A program made the position numbers and the translations under genes. From the NCBI GenBank assembly GCA_902771695.1, contig CACXXP010000001.1, positions 45,862-109,861 of the forward strand: DNA of 64,000 nucleotides, read 5' to 3'. The notes beneath the pieces are model-generated. The model saw only the letters and a list, made by a program, of their open reading frames with translations, made no database searches and had not been told where the DNA came from. This document shows positions 28,855 through 36,634 of the stretch, piece after piece. Position 1 is the first letter of the stretch; each line of letters starts with the position of its first letter. The stretch comes from an uncultured Pseudomonadota bacterium. Lineage in GTDB: Bacteria; Pseudomonadota; Alphaproteobacteria; Rs-D84.

Positions 28855-28931
28855 TTTATTTGATTTTTGCAAAATTTTTGGTACCTTTGGCACAGATGGG
28901 GGGGGATGAGAGGATTATACAGAGCAGGGGT

Positions 28932-30011
28932 ATGCGTAATATGCCAGATGAACCATCATTAGCAGAAATTATCGTAGATAAAACCGGTATTGAACCAGAT
29001 CAGTATTTAAAGGGTTGTCAAGATCGGCTAAAAGAAGACGCAGATTTATCACAGGTCATTTTGAATAATACAAACCTGCGTTCTGTGGATTTAATGCAAT
29101 ATTTTCCGGTTGATCCGCATTATAATAAACTATTGGTAAATGATTTGAAACTGAGAAATTCGCGTTTTCTGAATCAGTTTGGAAATATTTATACTATGCC
29201 AAAAATACCACAGGCACGTATGGCAGATGGTGACGACGATATACATTCTGATCCAAAATTGGTCCGAATATGTGATGAATTTCTATATTTTATGTTTGGT
29301 GGGGTTTCTTTTACCTGCACCCATGATTATTGGTGGGGCCCAGACCCAAAAAGTAATGCGCATGCCAAAGATATGTTTGAAATTCAATATGGAATAAAAT
29401 TAAGTGATGTGTATATATCGTTGGAAGAATTGGCCAGTACCGCATGCATGAATTCTATTTTCACAGAAATAGATGATTTTTTTGTGACCGGTAATTACGA
29501 TAATACTGTATTAACAATTTGGGATAATGATTTACCATATGGGGCCCAGGGTTCATGCGAAAAACATGCATGTAATTTCAGACCTGTGTTTTGTGTGGAC
29601 CAAGGGGTTCCGGTTAAGTATATTAAAACAGTTAACGATGATGGTATGTTCACACGGGAATACGTGGCGGAACAACGACACAAATATGCCCAACAACGCA
29701 CACAAACATTGAAAAAGTTGGGCGAATTTTATCGGTGTAATAACCCCAACGATTATGCCGTGACCGGTTATCCAACCGATATAGATTTTATTGTAAAAAC
29801 CGGTCTGTGTGAATTTACTTTTCTGTGTTATGACCGTTCATCGCAACGGGGTGATTTTCTGATTACACGCGTTCGTTACAAAACAGATGGAACAGACCAA
29901 AAATATACAATTAACAAGTGCGATTTTAGGAATCTGCCAAGAAAGATAGATGATATCCACCGCGCCCGCGCATTACATTTTAACAAAATGTATGGTCCAA
30001 AAGGTAGATAA
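28932..30011 (+). CDS. Hypothetical protein (ORFan).
   Basis: Long ORF 28860..30011. Start assigned at MRNMPDEP. Its 3' terminal 24 nt are duplicated at 30907..30930. Confidence 0.4.
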   Translation: MRNMPDEPSLAEIIVDKTGIEPDQYLKGCQDRLKEDADLSQVILNNTNLRSVDLMQYFPVDPHYNKLLVNDLKLRNSRFLNQFGNIYTMPKIPQARMADGDDDIHSDPKLVRICDEFLYFMFGGVSFTCTHDYWWGPDPKSNAHAKDMFEIQYGIKLSDVYISLEELASTACMNSIFTEIDDFFVTGNYDNTVLTIWDNDLPYGAQGSCEKHACNFRPVFCVDQGVPVKYIKTVNDDGMFTREYVAEQRHKYAQQRTQTLKKLGEFYRCNNPNDYAVTGYPTDIDFIVKTGLCEFTFLCYDRSSQRGDFLITRVRYKTDGTDQKYTINKCDFRNLPRKIDDIHRARALHFNKMYGPKGR

Positions 30012-30014
30012 TAT

Positions 30015-30731
30015 TTATTTAGATTTTTGTTTTTCACATAAATCCAGATATTCGCGCAATATGGCGGTCATCACCGAACGATAGTCCTTTTCATATGTAA
30101 ATAATTTGCAAAAATCGTTAAATCCCGCTTCTTCCCAATCTATGATGGCAACGACGTCAAATGTTTTTGGGTCCATTATAAAATTATATTTTACATCATT
30201 TTGGCACCATCCGTGCAAGATGGATGATTTTTCAGTCGCCGTGGTTTTTAAATCGCGAATTTCTTTTGGGTCGCTGGTACCGATGATGTATAAAAACTTT
30301 GCCAATTGTTTTGCAATTTTGGATTCTATTTCTTGTGGGACTTTTTTCGGTGGAAACTGTTCAAGATTTATTCCGGCAATATATGGATATTTGCGAACCG
30401 CAATACCATCAAAGTCCAATATTTCCATATCTGGAATTGCAATAGGGGAAATTTGGCGGAATGCATCGGTAATTCGTTTTTCACGCATGGCCTTGTCATA
30501 TCCATTGCCATGGCCTGGGAATTTGAATATATATTTATTATCTGCATTTATAACCAAATTACGGGAACCATGACCGACAATCTTTTTAATATTCTTGAAT
30601 TTTCCCAATGAATTAACAAATTTAATGCATTTATTAACATAGGTGCGATTGTCCAATAAAAAGCGAACCCGATTGCGTGTGGTGCGGTTTGGAATAAACC
30701 GACAAAATAATTTGATAAAAAATTTTCCCAT
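30015..30731 (-). CDS. APH/ChoK-like kinase-fold protein.
   Basis: Gly-rich loop and Lys (GHGSRNLVINADNKYIFKFP), catalytic ILHGWCQNDVKYNFIMD (HxxxxND), and IDWEEAGFND (DFG-equivalent). Convergent with the previous gene. Confidence 0.55.
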   Translation of the reverse strand: MGKFFIKLFCRFIPNRTTRNRVRFLLDNRTYVNKCIKFVNSLGKFKNIKKIVGHGSRNLVINADNKYIFKFPGHGNGYDKAMREKRITDAFRQISPIAIPDMEILDFDGIAVRKYPYIAGINLEQFPPKKVPQEIESKIAKQLAKFLYIIGTSDPKEIRDLKTTATEKSSILHGWCQNDVKYNFIMDPKTFDVVAIIDWEEAGFNDFCKLFTYEKDYRSVMTAILREYLDLCEKQKSK

Positions 30732-30906
30732 ATTTAATCCTTTTTGGAACATGGTCGGTACAAGACAACTGTCCTAGGGCTATGGTCATAATAAATTATT
30801 TATTGTTTAGAATCAAGTAGGGGAATTCAGGTTTACCGCCAGTTATGTATTTCTTGGCTGTAATATAATACCTGTTTTTGTTGCTGTTGCGCATATTCTA
30901 TTCAAT

Positions 30907-30932
30907 AAAATGTATGGTCCAAAGGGGCGTTA
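30907..30932 (+). repeat. Duplicated 3' end, encoding …FNKMYGPKGR-stop, of the gene ending at 30011. A direct repeat of about 24 bp.
   Basis: AATAAAATGTATGGTCCAAAGGGGCG compared with AACAAAATGTATGGTCCAAAAGGTAG at 29985-30010. Confidence 0.6.
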
Positions 30933-31272
30933 GTTCTGGTCATTAAAAACCAATTTTTTGTGTTTTATAACGATAGTATATTTTTTCCTATGATGAAAGT
31001 TTTTATGAAAAATAAATATTGAAAAAATATTGGAAAACCAATATGTACAGGCCTTTTTTAATCGTATGGTACGAAATTACGTGTTTATAACACAATATTC
31101 CTAATGTGGTGGGGTTATCTTGTTGTTTATATAATGTTTTTTCTATGCCAATTGGTATGATTTATGGTTTCCTTATACCTTTTTTTAGATATCTGATACA
31201 TAAAAACAGGATAAAACAAATTTCCTGGGAATGAATATAATGTGAATAGTGTTACAACCAAAGGAGTAAAAA

Positions 31273-31500
31273 ATGACGCATCAAGATATATGGCAAGCAA
31301 TAGATAAATTCGCGTTTCAGCACAACATGTCTTGTTCCGGGTTGGCAAGATTTTCTGGTTTGGATGCGACAACATTTAACAAGAGTAAACGTTGGTCAAA
31401 GTATGGTCAACCAAGATGGCCTTCGACAAACAGTATCGCAAAAATATTAAATTCTACGGGGAAAAAGTTGGAAGATTTTGTAAAATGTATCTGCGACTAA
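31273..31500 (+). CDS. XRE-family (Cro/CI-type) helix-turn-helix transcriptional regulator.
   Basis: 75 aa. HTH segment NMSCSGLARFSGLDATTFNK. Confidence 0.6.
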   Translation: MTHQDIWQAIDKFAFQHNMSCSGLARFSGLDATTFNKSKRWSKYGQPRWPSTNSIAKILNSTGKKLEDFVKCICD

Positions 31501-31543
31501 ATATTTTTGTTTACAAAAAGGTTTGGCTGTATAATATAGAAAT

Positions 31544-32446
31544 ATGTCAACACTGAAGTCAAAGATAATTTTATTAAAAGAATTGCTGGCGTTAAAGGAG
31601 GTTGTTGATAAGGGTAGTATTCAAGTCGCCGCCGGTGAAAACGGCATCAAGAATTCTAATTTGTCCCAATTGGTCAAAAATTTAGAAGACAGATTTAATA
31701 CTAAACTTATCAACCGCGGTTTTGATGGCAGCCAACCAACAAATTCTGCCCAGCTTATATACAATGATATCTGTGCCATAGAAGAATTGCTTAACAAGAT
31801 TTCAGAAAATTTTGTAGATATGGATTCTTTATCTGGTTCTATGTCTGTGTGGACCGAAGAAGGTTTATTTGGCAGTTTCATATTGAAAGATTTGTCAGAA
31901 TTCTATGCTAAATATCCTAAAATTCGTTTGGAATTATTTATGAGAAAAGAACCAGATATCAACACGATGGATATCTTGATTATTAAACCAAAATTACATC
32001 CAAATATTCATGGTACAGTATTGTTCAAATTTAAAACTCATTTAAAGTTTTATACCAGCAAAAAATATCTGGCAGAACATGGTGTACCACAAAATATAAA
32101 TGATTTATTGGAAAATCATAATTTATGCATGGTTTATCGGTATATGAATCTGCCGGAATGTCAAAGTATTATAAAGCGTGCAAAACATTTAAACACTACA
32201 TCTGATTCATTGGCATTGATATATCGTTTGGTTAATGATGGTGATGGTATCACGGTATTTCCATCATGGTTTGAAGAAAGCAGTAAAAATCTTGTTTGTA
32301 TCAAGGACTTTGATTTTGAATATGAAATGGAAACACAATGCATGTGCAGAACAGAGATTGCAGAATCACCAAAAGTTCGTGCATTTGTTAATTTCTTTAT
32401 AGATTTCTGTACTGGTCACAATGTCCCTATTGACATATATTACTAA
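31544..32446 (+). CDS. LysR-family transcriptional regulator.
   Basis: 300 aa. N-terminal wHTH (LLALKEVVDKGSIQVAAGENGIKNSNLSQLVKNLEDRFNTKLINR) plus a substrate-binding-like C-terminal region. Confidence 0.65.
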   Translation: MSTLKSKIILLKELLALKEVVDKGSIQVAAGENGIKNSNLSQLVKNLEDRFNTKLINRGFDGSQPTNSAQLIYNDICAIEELLNKISENFVDMDSLSGSMSVWTEEGLFGSFILKDLSEFYAKYPKIRLELFMRKEPDINTMDILIIKPKLHPNIHGTVLFKFKTHLKFYTSKKYLAEHGVPQNINDLLENHNLCMVYRYMNLPECQSIIKRAKHLNTTSDSLALIYRLVNDGDGITVFPSWFEESSKNLVCIKDFDFEYEMETQCMCRTEIAESPKVRAFVNFFIDFCTGHNVPIDIYY

Positions 32447-32543
32447 TTATTTCAGTTTTTTTGTTTCATTGTGTTAAAAATGCCCCAGTGGGCGATTTGT
32501 TAACAGTGGTTGTGGGGTGCTTGCAAAATGCGGATTGAAATCG

Positions 32544-33089
32544 TTATTCAAATTGGTCTAGTTCTTTAATAAAAACATCACAATTTATAAACCAAGCATA
32601 ATGTTCAGAAAAGTTATCAAATGTTATAACATCAATATCTTTGTGGTATTTCTTTATCCATTTATATACGGTTTTAAAATCAATATATAAAAAAGTTGTT
32701 GATATATCATGTGTTTCACGAATAGACGAAAAGATGCTAAAAAATCTAGTTTTATTACCGATTTTAATTTGTGGCACAATATTCACATTTTCTAGATTTA
32801 GATAATTATTATTGCGACAATGCAACAATTTCATAATACTTTTATCTTTTGTGTCAGAAATATCAATAGGTATAAGTATTTTTGATTGTGACAATATAGT
32901 AAAAAAACGCGATAAAGTTTCATTATTTTTTAATGTTATGACCTCAGCCAATGCACTGGTTAAAGTTCCGCTAAAATAATCAGTATCGTTTTCTTGGTGA
33001 ATAATGCTGTAATCAAAATTATACTCAAAATCTTCAAAATAGTTTTCGTCCAGTACATATTCTGACAAAGATGTTTTCATGTTTGACAT
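32544..33089 (-). CDS. Hypothetical acidic protein (181 aa), downstream gene of the inverted-repeat-bounded pair.
   Basis: No motifs recognised. Very AT-rich codon usage. Its start codon lies 1 nt after the upstream gene's stop. Confidence 0.45.
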   Translation of the reverse strand: MSNMKTSLSEYVLDENYFEDFEYNFDYSIIHQENDTDYFSGTLTSALAEVITLKNNETLSRFFTILSQSKILIPIDISDTKDKSIMKLLHCRNNNYLNLENVNIVPQIKIGNKTRFFSIFSSIRETHDISTTFLYIDFKTVYKWIKKYHKDIDVITFDNFSEHYAWFINCDVFIKELDQFE

Positions 33090-33090
33090 A

Positions 33091-33633
33091 TTATTTTCTT
33101 GTTTTATGCAACCAATCGTCTAAATCTTTTAATTTCAATGATTGCCCCAAACCGTTTCTGCTTTTACAAAATTGCACCGGTTTTAACATGGCCAACTGTT
33201 TATTGGTATCTTTATCATTTAACCAAAAACCATAATAATATCCAAATACAGGAACACCGTTTTTTATGTATTTTAATAATAATTCCTTGTTTCTTGATAA
33301 AGATTTTTGTGCAAAAGTATCCCACTTCCAATGTTTACTATCGTTTGAACGCTTGGTATGATATGGATAATATTCCAACGCAAGTATATCTTTGTCTTTT
33401 ATCCCGTATTTATCAGTTTTATTTAAAACTTTATCCCACCATTCACAATATTCACGATATATATGCAAATCCATGCCAGACGATTTGTAAAAACCATCTT
33501 TATCCATAGGATATTCGGCTAACCTTTTGTAATATTTTGGGTCGCCACCAGGATTACATAACAAAATAATCAGTTTTGGTGATTTTTCATTGCCAATTCG
33601 AGATACAGGAAAAATTTTTTCTGTTTCTATCAT
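33091..33633 (-). CDS. Hypothetical protein (180 aa), upstream gene of the inverted-repeat-bounded pair.
   Basis: Rich in Tyr/Trp/Lys. No known catalytic motif recognised. Confidence 0.45.
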   Translation of the reverse strand: MIETEKIFPVSRIGNEKSPKLIILLCNPGGDPKYYKRLAEYPMDKDGFYKSSGMDLHIYREYCEWWDKVLNKTDKYGIKDKDILALEYYPYHTKRSNDSKHWKWDTFAQKSLSRNKELLLKYIKNGVPVFGYYYGFWLNDKDTNKQLAMLKPVQFCKSRNGLGQSLKLKDLDDWLHKTRK

Positions 33634-34004
33634 AATTTCTCCCTTAACAACTATATATTAATCATATTTTATAATTTATTCAACGCTATTTTGCCAGCAC
33701 CCCACAACCACTTTGAACAGATATGCTGGTTAGAGCGATTTTATGTTGGTTTTGTAATATTATGTTTTGTTCGAGTGTTATAAGCGGTTCGAAAGTGTGG
33801 ATAACGACATAATTTTTCTAAAAATTACTTTCGAACTTGGCGGAAATTTATTTTTTCACTCTCTGGAATGCGCACGAGACCTTGATAAACAATAACCAAC
33901 CGCAGGGCAAAAACTCTATTAAAAATATCCGTTTTTGTGCGGCCGCGTTTGTTCATCTGCGTATTCGCCATGCGCTTCGCTCTGGCGGATCCGTGCGCCC
34001 AGGA

Positions 34005-34038
34005 ATAAATAAAAACACCCAAAGGGGTGTTTTTGTTT
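34005..34038 (-). terminator. Rho-independent terminator downstream of tRNA-Gln. It is also usable from the + strand.
   Basis: ACACCCAAAGGGGTGT hairpin flanked by A-run and T-run. Confidence 0.6.
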
Positions 34039-34043
34039 ATTCT

Positions 34044-34116
34044 GGTTGGGGCGCACGGATTCGAACCATGATAAAGAGAACCAAAATCTCTTGTCCTACC
34101 ATTAGACGACACCCCA
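34044..34116 (-). tRNA. tRNA-Gln (anticodon UUG).
   Basis: Reverse complement folds as: acceptor UGGGGUG/CGCCCCA (U1-A72, as in E. coli tRNA-Gln), U8, D arm GUCU-AAUGGUA-GGAC, anticodon arm AGAGA-UUUUGGU-UCUCU (U33, U34U35G36), T arm CAUGG-UUCGAAU-CCGUG, discriminator A, and an encoded CCA. Confidence 0.8.
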
Positions 34117-34257
34117 AAAAGTAGTTTGATTATAGTCAGTTTTAGCTTTTTTGCAATAATAAAATAAAAAAAAGTGAATTTTGGGCTTGAAATCATAATT
34201 ATTAAAAATTATAATGATTTTTGGTTTTAATAAAAGCAAGCAGAATAGGGGGCAAAC

Positions 34258-34707
34258 ATGGTTCGTAAAGAATTGATTAGTTTGTTAGAAAAAAATATTA
34301 TTTTGTTTTCTAAATTGTCTGAACGTATAAACCGGGCCCAGATAGATTTTAGGCCGTATTCACGGACCCAGGTGCAATTGCTGATGCGGTTGTATATCAG
34401 TGGTCGGACACGTCTGAAAGACTTGGCGGCACGAGAATTTGTGCCGGCACCAAATCTGTGTGCCGCGTTTCGTAAAATGGAAAGTGATGGGATTGTTTCG
34501 CGGACCGTTGATGAAAACGATCGCCGCAACACATGGTATTCGGTGACGGAACAGGGGGCCAAGGTTGCAACAAAATTTATAAATATGTTTCACCAAGTAA
34601 TGGCGACAATGTTCAAAGATATTGAAAAGGCGGATGAAGAAAAACTGATAGAATCTTTCAAAACAATGAATTGTATTTTGGAAAAGATGGGGGATAAAAA
34701 TGCGTAA
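34258..34707 (+). CDS. MarR-family transcriptional regulator.
   Basis: 149 aa wHTH (…RTQVQLLMRLYISGRTRLKDLAAREFVPAPNLCAAFRKMESDGIVSRTVDENDRRN…), first gene of the efflux operon. Confidence 0.75.
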   Translation: MVRKELISLLEKNIILFSKLSERINRAQIDFRPYSRTQVQLLMRLYISGRTRLKDLAAREFVPAPNLCAAFRKMESDGIVSRTVDENDRRNTWYSVTEQGAKVATKFINMFHQVMATMFKDIEKADEEKLIESFKTMNCILEKMGDKNA

Positions 34708-36019
34708 GGTTTTTGGTGCTATTATTGCTCTATACGGTGGTTGCTGCGGTATACATGCATATGCGATGGATTTATCTTTGAATGATGCGGTGCAAAAAAT
34801 AGTTGCAGAATCGCATGATCTGAAAAAAGCCGATGCCAATGTAAAAAAGGCCCAGGCATCATTAGATGTCGCAAATTCAAGTCGCTGGTTCAATATAGAA
34901 GGAACGGCAACATATATGAATTTGATAAATGTTGAAAAACCGCTGGATTCGTACAATGTGAAATTACCGCCTGAAATCGGTGGTCTGATTCCGCAAATGG
35001 CGGGGATTACCGATATAGATATCCCAGATAATATCTTTATGGCCGGCGTAAAAATCACACAACCTATTTATACATTTGGTAAAATTGGTAATGCGGTGGA
35101 CAGTGTTCGCAGTGCAATAAAGATGAGTGAATACAGCAAAGAAATGGTAACGCGAGAGGTTAAATATGCCGCCGCTGATATGTATTGGACGGCAAAAATG
35201 ACCGATGAAATTGTTAAAATCGCCCAGAAAGATTTGGATAACGCCATGTCGGCCCGTAAAAAATTGTCGGGGGCGGGGCGTGCAAACCGCAGTAATTTGG
35301 TTAAAATTGAATCTGATATTGCAACAAAGAAAATTAACCTGTCGGATGCAGAATTTAATCGCGACACTTCACATCGTATGTTAAAGATATTGGCGGGTAT
35401 AGATGTGGACGAACCATTAAATCTGACCGATGAATTTCCAAAAGATTTTCCAGAAATGGAAAACAAAAAATTGACCAATACGCCGGAATGGCAGGTATTA
35501 GACCAACAGGTTAAAATGTACGAAGCCAAGGCGTCTTCACAACGTGCCGGGGGGTATCCAACATTGGCCGCGGTCGGTGCGTATGATTTTGTGACAATGG
35601 ATAAGGATTTAAAAAATATGTTTAATGGTCATGCAGACCAAGCGGCATATTGGGGATTGGCGTTAAAGGTTCCGATTTTCAGTGGTGGGGTAAATCGTGC
35701 AAATGCCACGGTTGATGCCATGAATGCCGAAGCCGCACACCAGGATTTAGATAAATCCAAAAAGATTACATCAGAAAAATATTCCAATGCAATAAAGCAA
35801 TATAATCATTTGCGTGAAAACTTAAAAGGTTTGGAAAACGCACGTGATTTGGCCGCCAAAGCATACGGTTTTTCGCGTGATCGTTTTGCGGCCGGTCAGA
35901 CATCTGCGGTTGAATTGGCGGATGTTTCATCGGGACTGTATCAATTGGATATGGCGTTGCTTAATGCAAAATATAAAATATTGATGTCGGCGGAATCTGT
36001 TAAAAAATTGGGTGAATAA
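34700..36019 (+). CDS. TolC-like outer-membrane efflux channel protein.
   Basis: 439 aa. Signal peptide and the two-repeat alpha/beta organisation of OEP family proteins. Overlaps marR by 8 nt. Confidence 0.7.
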   Translation: MRKVFGAIIALYGGCCGIHAYAMDLSLNDAVQKIVAESHDLKKADANVKKAQASLDVANSSRWFNIEGTATYMNLINVEKPLDSYNVKLPPEIGGLIPQMAGITDIDIPDNIFMAGVKITQPIYTFGKIGNAVDSVRSAIKMSEYSKEMVTREVKYAAADMYWTAKMTDEIVKIAQKDLDNAMSARKKLSGAGRANRSNLVKIESDIATKKINLSDAEFNRDTSHRMLKILAGIDVDEPLNLTDEFPKDFPEMENKKLTNTPEWQVLDQQVKMYEAKASSQRAGGYPTLAAVGAYDFVTMDKDLKNMFNGHADQAAYWGLALKVPIFSGGVNRANATVDAMNAEAAHQDLDKSKKITSEKYSNAIKQYNHLRENLKGLENARDLAAKAYGFSRDRFAAGQTSAVELADVSSGLYQLDMALLNAKYKILMSAESVKKLGE

Positions 36020-36021
36020 CA

Positions 36022-36618
36022 ATGAAAATATTTGGAAAAAATTATGATGATGAAAAGGTAAAAAAAATCTCCTATAGGGCGACTTTTGTGCTTGTCATAC
36101 TGTGGTTTGTATATCGTTTTGTTATGGTTGCAATTGAATCACAAATGACAGTGTTTAATCCAATTCGTATTTCTCAATCCAATGGCACGATTGTTGAAAC
36201 AATGGTTGCATCCAAGAAAAACGATTTTATTAAAATACCAATTGATATAAAAAATAATCGTGCGTATGTATCTGGTGAGTACCGCAATAAATTACGCAGT
36301 GGGCAAAAAATTGGTGATGGCGAAATTGTTTCTGTATCGGGTGGTTTAGATTTGGATACAGGAATGTATGTTGTGCGGACACGTGGGGTGACGGATGGGG
36401 TTGCGTTTGTGTCTGTTCCTGCAAATGGATATTTTATTCCGGCCTATGCGGTGCGTGATGGTACCGTTATGATAATGGAATCGGGAACGGCGGTGGCGCA
36501 TCGTGTGGATGTTGTTGCCCAAGATACAGAATATGCGTGTGTGACAGGTGATATCAAAGATAGTGATGTAATCGTATTGTCCAAGGTTGCCACAGGCCAG
36601 AAAATAAAAGTTAAATAA
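36022..36618 (+). CDS. Truncated membrane-fusion (periplasmic adaptor) protein-like component.
   Basis: 198 aa. N-terminal TM anchor followed by beta-rich segments resembling MFP beta-barrel/membrane-proximal domains. No coiled-coil hairpin is apparent. Confidence 0.45.
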   Translation: MKIFGKNYDDEKVKKISYRATFVLVILWFVYRFVMVAIESQMTVFNPIRISQSNGTIVETMVASKKNDFIKIPIDIKNNRAYVSGEYRNKLRSGQKIGDGEIVSVSGGLDLDTGMYVVRTRGVTDGVAFVSVPANGYFIPAYAVRDGTVMIMESGTAVAHRVDVVAQDTEYACVTGDIKDSDVIVLSKVATGQKIKVK

Positions 36619-36634
36619 AGCGGGGGAAATCAAA

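Larger units (their letters stand above)
32496..33721. mobile_element. 1.2-kb unit bounded by imperfect terminal inverted repeats, enclosing two coupled ORFs of unknown function. No recognisable transposase.
   Basis: Left end TTTGTTAACAGTGGTTGTGGGGTGCTTGCAAAAT (32496-32529). The right end at 33688-33721 reads ATTTTGCCAGCACCCCACAACCACTTTGAACAGA on the + strand, which is the reverse complement of the left end. The core is 24/25 identical and the extended repeat is about 30/34 identical. Confidence 0.45.

Noticed and set aside
33825-34196. Overlapping ORFs 33825..34196 (-) and 33837..34124 (+) near 34 kb.
   Set aside because: They overlap the hand-folded tRNA-Gln and its terminator, and the two overlap each other on opposite strands with no coding signature.
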